A stretch of DNA of 62,457 nucleotides, filler included, from Kipferlia bialata (taxonomy: Eukaryota), in the NCBI GenBank assembly GCA_003568945.1. It is 3 parts of 3 records of this genome, joined end to end, with 100 filler letters (N's around TTAATTAATTAA, not from the genome) between each part and the next. Parts side by side here need not be neighbours in the genome. Positions count along the whole stretch, not along the records: positions 1 to 29,700 come from BDIP01000131.1; positions 29,801 to 59,461 come from BDIP01000132.1; 1 more part is not named here. The stretch is one strand, 5' to 3'. Made by a program: the position numbers and the translations under genes. Below the pieces are notes generated by a model. It was not told the origin of the DNA and ran no database searches. It saw only the letters and a list, made by a program, of their open reading frames with translations. Each line of letters opens with the position of its first letter. Within the stretch, counting starts at the first letter, position 1. This document shows positions 22,601 to 33,560 of this stretch, in pieces.

Positions 22601-25600
22601 GGCCTGCACAGACCTGGGTATGAGTGAACAATACAAATAATACAATACAGTAAACAAGGCAAACATCAAGGTCAAGACAATACGCAAGCAGTAAAGAGGG
22701 TATCCTTAGAGGGCAAAAGAGGGCCGGCGGGAGTATATTGAAATATACTCAACACATTTTTACAATATATATACCTTGAGAGGAATGCCATAACTAATAT
22801 ATTAAATCAATGTATATATACCTTGAGAGGAATGCTGACAGAGAGTCCAGCCTGTCTCTGACTGCCTCCACCACCCAGTGCCGGGTGTGGTCACTGTCCG
22901 GGCCTAATGTTAGTGAGTATTATATATATATATATATATACATTTATACATGTATATGTTAGGAGATAGTATAATACAGTTACACCCAGTGCCGGGTGTG
23001 GTCACTGTCGGGCCTAGGGTAAGAAAGGTATACATATAGTAAATGGTATACATAGATAATAGGTCTAATGACCGTCGCCGTGACACTACTACACTGTAGT
23101 TGACACATGAACAAGTGATTAACTCATACACATCATACCCTTGACGGTGTCTGTGTCGATTGAGCCTGCCACAGCACTCAGCCTGGCATAGAGCTCTGGC
23201 TCGGCCTGGCACAGAGACAGCATGGGGGCCTGCTGGACCTAAATAATGAGAAGAGAGTGTGTTACAAGGAAGAAGAGAGAGAGAGAGACAGCATGGGGGC
23301 CTGCTGGACCTTCATGAGGAGAGGCGGGTGGGATATTTATGTATATATGTTATGTATATGTATGAATTAGTATGTGTATACGAATCCATAGAGTACCTGG
23401 TTGCAGAGCAGTGCCTACAGTAGGGAGAGGGGTGAAGTGTGGGACATGTATATATATATATAAAGCAATGAATATATATATATATATACATGCATTGTAC
23501 CTGGTTGCAGAGGAGTGCCTGCAGGAGTGACAGGGGTGCAGGGTGGGAGGGGGGGACTGGGGTGGGGTACTGCACCCTCTTTTCTGGACCCTTAGAAGAA
23601 AGGGCAGAGAGAGAGAGCTGGGAGAGCAGCAGGCACTGCAGGGGAAGAGCGGGGTCGGGGAGGGCGCCAATGAGGAACCTGACAATAAGAACATGGTTGA
23701 TATATTATTAACTCATGTACTATTGTATGTATATATATAGACTGTGTTGTGCCCTATGTATATATATGAATCCATACCTAGCGTTATGTATCCTGCCCTG
23801 TGTACTGGCAGATGCACTACCCTACCCTAAGAACATATACACTTAAGAGTATATGAATGTATGCATACCTAGCGTTGTGAATTCTGCCCTGAGTACCGGC
23901 AGATGCACTACCTAACCCTAGAGAACACTTACACTTAAGAGTATTTACACATATATATATATACCTAGCGTTGTGTATCCTGCCCTGTGTGCTGGCAGAC
24001 GCACTGCTCTGCACAGTGGGTATGAGCACACTGGTGGTGACACTGTCCAGGACATCACTGCTCCTGCTGCCATAGCCACCGGTCCTGGGGTCAATATGGT
24101 ATTGGCAAGCAGTGTGAAACGCTATGTATCTAAATGAATAATGCCGCTGTTACACTTGTCCATAACATCTGCCATATCCACTGGTCCTGGTATGAATGAA
24201 GACCAAGCAAGGAGCAATATATATATACTACAGCAAGGATCCATATATATATACTACTGATCACTACAATCAATATATGGCATGTATTACACTGTTCAGA
24301 ATATCACTGCTACTGATACAACAGCCACCTGTTCTACAGTAAATGACAGCATCAGGGACTAAATACTATACATTATGTATAATGTGTAATTCATATATTC
24401 TACCTGGCAGTGGATGTGACCACAGATGCCAGTGACAGAGCATGTGTCCTCTGGGGTATAATACAGATACAGTTACAGTATATATGTATACATAAAGGTA
24501 TATACCTAGCTGTTGTGGTCACCACAGATGCCAGTGACAGAGCCTGTGTCCGCTGTGGGGTGTATGCAGACTGGACCAGACGGGACAGGGTGGGGAGAGA
24601 GACAGCAAGGCCATCCAGAACCTGGGGAAAGAGCATGATCAGAAGAGTGAGGTAATTCATAATATAGTGTAAACATAATCTTGTACTGTAACTATTATGA
24701 AAGTACTTCTAACAATAATAATACATAGCATATATAGTATATGGTACATATCATACCTGCTGGGAGTATGGGTGTACTGAAATAATGACATATATACTAT
24801 GAACTCTAATACATTATATATATACCATATTGAACTGTATCATACCTGCATAAATATATATATGCCGTGTATCACTATACCTGCTGGGAGTCTGGGTGGA
24901 GGATGGACCCAGAGAGAGAGAAGAGGAGGGAGTCTGCATCAGCAGAGGATGTCTGGGCATCAGTCTCTCTCTCTCTCTCCTGTACAGGGGGCTTGGGCAC
25001 AGTAGGTCCACTAGGTACACTAGGGATAGGGGGAGGGGCAGTAACAGCAGGGGGCAGGTACCCCTGCTCAATGGATGAGGCATCGCCCACTAGGTCCTTG
25101 ACAGACTCGCGGAACCTAGGGTAAGAGTAATTGCACGAATATATAATACGCCAAAGAGAAGGAGAGAGTAATAGAGGTAGGTCCTAGACAGACTCGCGAA
25201 ACCTAGGGGTAAGAGAATTGAAACATATATACAGAGACAGAAGGAGAGAGAAATTGAGGAAGGTCCTTGATGGAACATAGTGATAGCGAGAGAAGGGGGA
25301 AAGAGAGAGAAGCTCCCTCAATACTTGACATTCTATACGGGGCAATTACATATAGCCGAATATGATATTTATACATATAGTTATATTTATATGAGTATAT
25401 ACTGTACCTGGCCAAGTCCTCTTCCTTCTTCTTCTGGGCCTCTAGGACCTAGGGGGTGAGACATGGTTGATGTCACAAGACAGTACATACAAACACAAAC
25501 TAATACAAATGTATATCCAGTTATAAGCGTTCTGTAGAACACAAATAGATCGAACACGGTCTGTACCTGTGCCTTTCTGATTATATCTTCTATACATTAC

Positions 25601-25910
25601 TACATTGAGAGAAGAATGTATATGTATATACCAATATACCTGTGCCTTCCTGACCATCTCCTCTATGGTTGGCTCTCCAACAGGTAGGTTTCTCTCACTT
25701 GGCATGTCTGCGGCAATGACCTATGGGTGAATATATTTATTACTATATAACAGCTGAATGTAAATACAAAAATATATTCAGTATACAATAGTTTTCACAA
25801 TAGTGAGCATACATACAACATAACATACCTTCCTCATCTCAGCCATCTCAGCTGCTCTCTCCCTCTCCTTCTGTCTCCTTTGCAGGAAGAGAGACGGCTT
25901 CTTCCGCCTA
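19613..25910 (-). CDS. Multi-exon helical-repeat protein, possibly RPAP1/Rba50-like
   Basis: Exons include RKKPSLFLQRRQKE, VIAADMPSERNLPVGEPTIEEMVRKAQ, VLDGLAVSLPTLSRLVQSAYTPQRTQALSLASVV (resembles the RPAP1 'L..L.RS....QR..AL' motif), long Leu/Ala-rich exons (ORFs 21327-22220 and 20163-21017), and a last exon ...DMDLYTALAAKEL* with stop at 19613. The family assignment is weak. Confidence 0.5.
22361..22616 (-). repeat. Acceptor-junction echo, 4 copies
   Basis: ggcctgcacagacctg at 22361, 22525 and 22601, with a partial copy at 22435. Confidence 0.85.
23774..24005 (-). repeat. Donor-junction echo, 3 copies
   Basis: atacctagcgtt.tg.at.ctgccctg.gt.c.ggcaga.gcact at 23774, 23865 and 23961. Confidence 0.85.
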
Positions 25911-26142
25911 GGGTCAAGGGTAGACACATATAAACAAGCAGAGTAACAGGGTCAGAAGAGGAGAGAGGGGTACATACAATGAGGGGGATAATATGGAGGA
26001 GTTGGTGCATAAGAGGAAGAGTGTGAACCGTTTAGGAGGGGGGGAGGGGGGGGGCGTATTCCCCTTGCCCTATATATGATTCACTAAGATATGAGATGTA
26101 GTAGCTTCGAAAGAAGACTTGTATAATAAGGTATCCCACCCA

Positions 26143-27185
26143 CCTGCTCCACAATGGTCTTTGCAGCAGAGACCCTGCCGGTGGGGCTGTTGAGACCTGG
26201 GGTGGGATGGGATAGGTAAATGTATGTAAAAATACTTATACTCAGATAGGGTGAGACGTATCCATGCAGACAACCCGTCAGCTAGAGTATATCTTAGATT
26301 CACCCGTACGCAATAAGTGACAATATCGATGTACTGTAACCCATCTTCATACCCTTGAAGACTGATGCAAAGAATGCCGATATAGGAAACCATCGACACG
26401 CATAAGAAAAATATTGACTACTACAATTACTACAATAATATATATACACTACACTTACCCTTGAAGACTGATGCAAAGAAAGCCGATGGGGATGCGGCCA
26501 TGAGCTTGGTCAGCATGGACCTAAGGGGTTAGTATTATTTGATTGATAAAGACCATAGAGTATATATGTATACGCATAGAGTATATATGTATACGCTTAG
26601 TATAGTGATAAGGAATAGTCATGTAACCATGAGCTTGGTCAGCATGGACCTGGGTTAGTGTTGATATATATAGTTCAGAATACAGAGTATATACATATAC
26701 CCTATGTATAGTAAATTTTGAATAGTCATGCAGCCATGAGCTTGGTCAGCATGGACCTAGTGGGTTAGTACTATATATATATATATATGAATATATATGT
26801 ATACCCTTAGTATATTAATAAAGAATAGTCATGCAGCCATGAGCTTGGTCAGCATGGACCTAGTGGGTTAGTGTTGATATATATATGTATGTATGAATAT
26901 ATAATAATATATACTCGGAGTATAGTCATGCGGCCATGAGCCTGGTCAGCATGGACCTAGTGTGTTAGGGAAAGGGGATATATATATACGGGAAATATAC
27001 AAATGCTATGCAAAGGCATGAGCTTGGTCCGCAGGGATCTCGTGGGGTCGATGAAATGAAAAATATACTATAATTTATGTTATATAACAACTCATGCATA
27101 CCTAGCACTGTACTCCTTGCCCTCACTCTCGCCATCGGATATGGAGAGAAGGGCAGCAACTAGACCTGACGATAAGAGTGTAGCT

Positions 27186-27225
<40 letters not shown>

Positions 27226-27262
27226 ACGGGCAGCAACTAGACCTGACAGTAAGAGTCTAGCT

Positions 27263-27304
<42 letters not shown>

Positions 27305-29700
27305 AAGGGCAGCAACTAGACCTGACAGTAAGAGTCTAGCTAAAGAGAAAGACGGAGAGATCCAATAACAGGTCTTGCTAATGAGAGATGAGATACATAC
27401 AGTTTACCTAGCACGCTGACAGCACTTCACATATGAATCACTTCACACACACACAGACATATGTAGTTACGATTTACACACACTCTCTCTACTAGTCATT
27501 CATACCTGGCATGCAAGCTGTAAGAACCTCTCTCGAGTACATATATCTACATGCATATTAATATATTAAACATGCACTGCAATTAAATATTAATGCATTC
27601 ATACCTGGCATGCATGCAGTCAGTACTTCTCTCGAGTCTGCATATATACTAAATGAATACTATATATACTATTTACTTATTATCAGTTTATACTATGTAT
27701 ACTATTTTTACTATATATACAATGTATAGGTAAATATACCTGGCATGCATGCAGTCAGTACTTCTCTCGAGTCTGCGTGGAGGGTGATGGCCTGTGTCTC
27801 TCCCTCTCCCTCCCCCTCTCTCTCTCCCTCCCTAGTCTCTCTAGAGGGTGACTGGAACAGGCCATTGAGGAGGGTGTGGAGGACAGCCATCATAGCCTGA
27901 GTTCAGATACAGATGCATAGATATAGAGAGAGAGAGATGTGACTGGAACAGAACATTCAGCAATGTATGTAGAGCAACCATCATGGCATATGGTGGGGAC
28001 ATATTTAACATTATATAGCTAAAGCAACCTTCCATTGAATCATTATCGAACTCTACCACAATATACTCTTACCTCTCTGACGTTTGATGCCACCGATGGC
28101 AGCTGGGGCACAATGCCTATGGATGAGTATATAATGTGAAAGAAATAGTACCGGGGCACAATGCCTAGGGGTGAGCATGTGTCCGTGTTGGACTAATAGA
28201 AAAGATAAATATATATATATATTAATCTATATACATATATTGATACCGATGGCAGCTGGGGCACAATGCCTATGGATGAGAAAAATAAGTTGAAAGATAT
28301 TATACCTACCCATGGTTAGAAGCATGTTTCCGTGTTGAACTACTAAGACTTAGAGGCTACAACACGACATATATGTATATATAATTGGTATCCTCCTTCT
28401 TAGACACACACAAATATGTATATTCTCCTACCTAGACACACAAATGCCACCATCTCCAGGGGTGTGTAAGAGAAATACACACATACAAAATGTATTCAAA
28501 TTGGTATCCTCCTAGTACCAAGAGGTACACATATTCTCTTACCTAGACACACAAATGCCACCATCTCCAGTGGTGTGTTGAATCTTTACTAATGTATATG
28601 AATATACATATGAATACATAAACATATAATCATACATGTAGAATTTCCTCTCAAGGGGTGGAAGTATACGCTTGAGCACTCATCCCTTACCTAGACACAC
28701 AAATGCCACCATCTCCAGGGGTGTGTTGTGTCTGTCACCGGGGGCATCGAACTGAGGGTGAGGCTATATAGTAGGATACAATATTCAAATACATTGGGAT
28801 ACTGTAGTGGGTGAGACTGAGAAACATAAACACATAATATACTAGCCAAGTGAAATGAGGAATACTCAAGCATTCAAATAGTAAGAACAAATAACACATT
28901 TACCTGGTCTGCAAGTGTTGAGAACAGTGCTGAGAATGTCTTGACAGTCTCAGTCTGGGCAGCCTGCTCCTGGGGTGAGATATATGATGTACTCATACAC
29001 TAGTATATATGTGTATAAAACATATACTATAATACATATTATTATACAGCTTGACAGTCTGGGCAGCCTGCTCCTGGGGTGAGAGGGGAAAGTGGTAGAA
29101 TATACAACGATATAGAGATATCGAACCTCAATAGGTGAGAACCGGAAATATGAGCTCCCCCCCCCCCCCCTAGTGCCTGGTGGACTCATATATATGATGT
29201 ACTCATACACTAGAATATATTTGTGTGTCTGTCTACCTGCATTGTCTGCATCAGCCTCTGGCATACAACAACGACAGTGGCCTCGGACACACCTGGGGGT
29301 GAGACACTATATAGTATACTACCAGTATATACACAACGTAAATAATAAGAGCTACAACAGCACATGTAGCCAATGACACACCTGGCGTGAGAAGACTCAA
29401 TGAATTAATTGTATATACTTGTGTACTTAAGAACAATAGTAACAATAGCAACAGTGGCCTCAGACACACCTGGGAGTGAGAGAGAGAGAGAATGGGAGGG
29501 CAAGAGGGTGATCCGTGTACTCAGTGTCATCTCACTCTGTATGATACAGAGACAGACACTAACACTGGCAGGACACAATTGAGTAGAATAGTGATATCAA
29601 TACTCAGGCTATGATATTGAGACCCCCCCCCCCCCCCCCCCACCCCCCCCACCAGCCACACTCTATCTGCCGCCGAGCCTGCCTCTGCTGACGCTGTGCC
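26143..29700 (-). CDS. Multi-exon coding region, 5'-truncated by the gap; either the upstream part of the 19613-25910 gene or a separate helical-repeat gene
   Basis: Small exons, phase-consistent where checked: VSEATVVVCQRLMQTMQ, EQAAQTETVKTFSALFSTLAD, FDAPGDRHNTPLEMVAFVCL, AMMAVLHTLLNGLFQSPSRE..LTACMP, GLVAALLSISDGESEGKEYSAR|SMLTKLMAASPSAFFASVFKG|LNSPTGRVSAAKTIVEQ. Confidence 0.55.
26498..27030 (-). repeat. Acceptor-junction echo array, 6 copies (CRISPR-like spacing)
   Basis: ccatgagcttggtcagcatggacct is identical at 26498, 26627, 26734 and 26837, has one mismatch at 26934 and is degenerate at ~27016. Confidence 0.9.
27141..27326 (-). repeat. Acceptor-junction echo, 3 copies, separated by (GA)n
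   Basis: atggagaga.gggcagcaactagacctgac at 27141, 27218 and 27297. Confidence 0.85.
27502..27776 (-). repeat. Donor-junction echo, 3 copies
   Basis: atacctggcatgcatgcagtcagtacttctctcgagtctgc is identical at 27601 and 27736 and degenerate at 27502. Confidence 0.85.
28429..28728 (-). repeat. Donor-junction echo, 3 copies
   Basis: tacctagacacacaaatgccaccatctccag.ggtgtgt at 28429, 28540 and 28688. Confidence 0.85.
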
Positions 29701-29800
29701 NNNNNNNNNNNNNNNNNNNNNNNNNNNNNNNNNNNNNNNNNNNNTTAATTAATTAANNNNNNNNNNNNNNNNNNNNNNNNNNNNNNNNNNNNNNNNNNNN
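29701..29800. other. Assembly gap with artificial TTAATTAATTAA linker (contig join)
   Basis: 44 N + ttaattaattaa + 44 N; the linker gives stop codons in all six frames. Confidence 0.95.
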
Positions 29801-29847
29801 TATATTCCCTTCTTCCACCCCCCCCCCCCCCCCCCCCCCCAACCCAG

Positions 29848-31915
29848 GTCATCATGTACAACAGTGACACCAAGCCCAACCAGTCAGACCTCGAAGAGCT
29901 GGACACACTCACACAGCTGGCAGAGTATGTACGGGAGTGTGTGTGTATGCAATTGTGTGTATCAGCTGGGTTCCTCGCCAGTGTATCTATGACACTGTGT
30001 TACTTGTATGTGCATATCTTCCCATTGATGCTGACACCAGTATGCAGATGACCCGTCCCTGCGGCCCCCTGCCCTTGCCTGGCTGATCCAGAAGGCAGAC
30101 ATCCTGCGGTGGGGCATGACTGCCCAGGACTATATCTCGGAGGCCATCAGACAGGACAAGGGGGGGCACTCCTCCTCCATAGAGCTGTATGACCCGCTGG
30201 CTGCCCTGAGGATAGTGGCCCCCACCCTCGATGCGTCGAGGTGGAAGGACCTGCCCAACACATCCTTTGACACACTGCGGCCAGAGTACCGGTCCAACGT
30301 GACCAGCGTGCTGGACTATGTGTCCACAGTACAGCAGAGGAGGGAGATCAGCAGGAATGGCCCCCAGACCCTGGCCTATATCAAGGCAGTGCTGGACGTT
30401 CTGGCCAAGGCCCCTCTCTCCCACGCCCCCTCCTACCTGTCGGGTCTCCTTCTGCACCAGAGAGACGAGTTCCGGCGTGCCACCTCTGTCCTTCTGTCCG
30501 GTCTGTCTGACTCCTTACCTGTGTCGGAGGCTGACCTGGATGTCAGGCTGGAGCAGGCCTGTGCACATGCCTCTGCCTCTGCCTCCCTCTTCCTACTACC
30601 CCAGGCAGAGAGGGAGCAGGAGGTCAGACTCTTGTCAGACACGTGGCACAGCAGGAACGTGGAGGCGTCCCACACTGCCTGCTCTGCCTATCTATCAGCT
30701 GTGCATGATGCCGTGGCAGACTGGACAAGCAGGGTGACCCAGGGCATGCTGGCCGGGGGGGTGTCCATAGCTGACATTACTGACTTCTCCCTGGATGTGC
30801 CTGCCCGTGCCCTGCGTGATGGCTGTTGGGGTGTGGCCAGGGAGCGCACCCTGGCCAGCCTGGCCCAGGTGTCTGAAGATGTGGCCCAGGCCCAGGACGA
30901 GTTCCTGGCAGACCTCCTCTCCCGCTTCATCAGGCCCCTGGCCTCGGGGGTGGCCGTGGCCCTGTTGCTGCGCTATGTGTTTGGTCCTCTGCTGGGTGAT
31001 GGCCGGGGTGGGGTGTCTGGCGTGGTGCGGTCTGTGCTACGGCTGGCCCTGGGTCTGTCGGTTCTACTCACAGGGTGGCTGCTCACGGCCAAGGCAATGC
31101 CAGAGATTGGTTCCCTCCGCCTGTTAGTGTTTGTGATGAGCAACTCCCGCAACATATCCATCGGTGTGTTTGCCTCTCTAGGGCTGTATGGCCTGGTGTC
31201 TCTGAGAGGCCTAGTGCACAGGGGGTCTGGCAGAGGGCAGACACAGGGCAGTATAGTAAGGTACAAGGCAGGTGGGGCAGAGGCAGGGGACATGGAGGTG
31301 TCAGAGGATGAAGAGCTGGACGACACAGAGCCAGAGTGGTACGGAGAGAGACAGCCAGCCAGGGGGATGAGGCGTCCCTTCCAGAAGGCAGCACGTACAG
31401 AAAACGGGTCTCTCTCGCTGACTGGGTCGATCCCCACCTCTACTGCTGTTATCGAGCCGTCCCCTGCCCGACCTGTGAGACGGGCCCAGATGCGGCACCT
31501 CGGCACAGGGGACATAGGGGGGAGGGAGGGTCACATGCATATGGGCCAGGGGGAGCCCATGGGTGCCTATGGGACTAACAGTGGTGCTTCCAGGGTCTCC
31601 CAGGGATACACGTCCCACCAGGGGGTGAGTCTCATACCTCAGAGTTCTTCCGCCCTTGTCCCCTCTCACCCTATCACTAATGAGGGTGAAGTAGGGTACA
31701 TACCGAGGGGTCAGGGTTCCTCTGGGGAGGTGACGCCCTCCTTCGGGGCAGGTGGCCCCCCCGACCCCCAGGCCATCAGCAACATGATGCAGTCCCTCAA
31801 CGTCACATCCGTGCAGAGGCCTGGATACCCTATACCTGCACCTGGGACAGGGGCTGAGATGAGGAGCCCACCAAAGACACCTGGAGGGGGAAGGGTCGTG
31901 TCCAGAACCCTCTAG
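29848..31915 (+). CDS. Guanylate-binding protein (GBP)/atlastin-like dynamin-superfamily GTPase with C-terminal transmembrane segments; N-terminus (P-loop) lost in the gap
   Basis: VIMYNS...DLEELDTLTQLAE|YADD..PPALAWLIQKAD..TAQDYISEAI..P.....DL......LRPEY..NGPQTLAYIKAVL follows the order of the GBP G-domain C-terminal half and helical domain. Three hydrophobic stretches follow (LASGVAVALLLRYVFG, LALGLSVLLTGWLL, ISIGVFASLGLYGLV), then a disordered tail. ORF 30116-31915. Confidence 0.6.
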
Positions 31916-32328
31916 GCAGCAAATATAGATCTATAGCCAATAGAATGTGTTTGGATATTTATGATTCTCTGTAAATGAACCTATCCGAGACGTGTGGAAT
32001 CCTCCCCTCCTACGGAACCTAAGAGTCGTAGCAATCCTACATCTCAGTACACCCACGTGTCTCACTGAATAGTGGATTGGACCACTCAAAACTTAGACTA
32101 CAGCCGACTGACCCATATGGCTGATGGGCACATAGTATGAGGCCGGGTTGGGGAAAGGCATTCTGGAACACCACTATTCATACCATGAGCCGACCACTGA
32201 GAGTCCCTCCTCAGATGTCTTCCCCAATGGGTGCATGGCATATGTATGTGATACCCTTCCTGACGATGTGTGTCCCAGAGGTCTGCCCCACTATAACGGG
32301 TACAACTACCTTTCTGTACCGATCCCAG

Positions 32329-33164
32329 TCAGTCCATGGACTCCAGGGTCTCCCCCTGCTCTGCCCCCTCTCCCTCTCTGAGCATGGCCTCTAGGACAGC
32401 ACATGCCTCTGCCTCTGCCCCCACCCTCTGGGCCTTGACCCCCCTGGCCACGGTCAGACCATACGTGTCAAGCCTGGGGGTCAGACACACACTACAAACT
32501 GCACAGATGCCGTGGTGCATTGAGGAAGGTGATTGCATACACTAGTCGAATCACATGTCAGGGTCTACAGGGCCTATCAGGATATGGGATATGGGAATGG
32601 GCTCATATCCAGACCCATACGATATATATATCACAACGGAGAGGTCTATACATACACTGCCCGTGCCTGTGGCTGAACCCTGGCCTCACTTGGTCTGCCA
32701 GGCTGTGTAGGGAGGCCACCACCTCTGCGAGGTCCTCTGAGAATGCCAAGGACTGACTGGCAAGGTCGGCCTGCAGCTCGGGGGACGCGTGCTTGAACTC
32801 CCCAAGTGTACGGGATATACACTCCACCTTGGGGAGGAGGGAGAGTATCACCTGGAGTCAGAATGTATATACATACATACGGACACACCTAATCAGCACC
32901 TACTTCTCCCTCTACACACCTGGTGGTTTCTGTTCAGCACCTCAACCGGGGACATGGTCATATCCCCGTCCTCCACATCCTCATCGCCAAACATCAGACA
33001 GCCACTCTCTCCAACCCTGGGTCAATGTATGTGTCACGTAAGTGTCACTGAGTCAGAATAAATGGAAGGAGAGACAGCGGGTACGACTCTATACATGAGT
33101 GAAGTGTTGAAGTCGAAGTATCATCATAAGAGCACATGACGCTTGGAGAGAGAGTGGACATCAT
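32329..33164 (-). CDS. Small multi-exon hypothetical protein
   Basis: MMSTLSPSVMCSYDD..IES|VGESGCLMFGDED..NRNHQ|VILSLLPKVECISRTLGEFK...|..LDTYGLTVARG..ETLESMD*, with GT/AG boundaries; phases agree where checked. Confidence 0.55.
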
Positions 33165-33560
33165 TCTGCCTATACAAAACTCCAGACCACAAGGATGTCA
33201 ACTAAAGCAGAATCTCTTTCGTACCTACACTCCTCTGTCCGAAAGCAGACTGTCAAGACATATACAATGTCCGAAAACGTAAAAACGTTCTTGATGAATC
33301 TTAAATCATATATCCAATATATGTGTAATACTGAGTCTTACCTTTAACTACTCTCTATAGCCTTCGTACCTGGGTCAAGTGCTACAAGTAGCCTTTAAAA
33401 GAAACTGACAGGGTAAGAACATGCTGCGTCACTTCTGCTTACATGGGCTCAGTGGGACGCTTTCTCCTTCTTTACAATTCATAAACTTTAAGCACTAACT
33501 TCAACTCTGTCTCCAACCTCTTTCTGATCTCACCAATTGGTGTGGAGAGTACAACGTACT

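Noticed and set aside
26498..27030. CRISPR array
   Set aside because: The repeat is the first bases of a coding exon plus its acceptor, the spacers are 57-104 nt, low-complexity and partly homologous to one another, there are no cas genes, and the context is eukaryotic.
29745..29756. TTAATTAATTAA palindrome (also at 59506-59517) as a biological site
   Set aside because: It is centred in a 100-nt N block and is a standard six-frame-stop contig linker. Adjacency across it is not evidence of real gene neighbourhood.
32148..32381. 77-aa plus-strand ORF (..EHHYSYHEPTTESPSSD..)
   Set aside because: Non-ATG start, overlaps the end of the minus-strand gene, and has no supporting splice or homology evidence.
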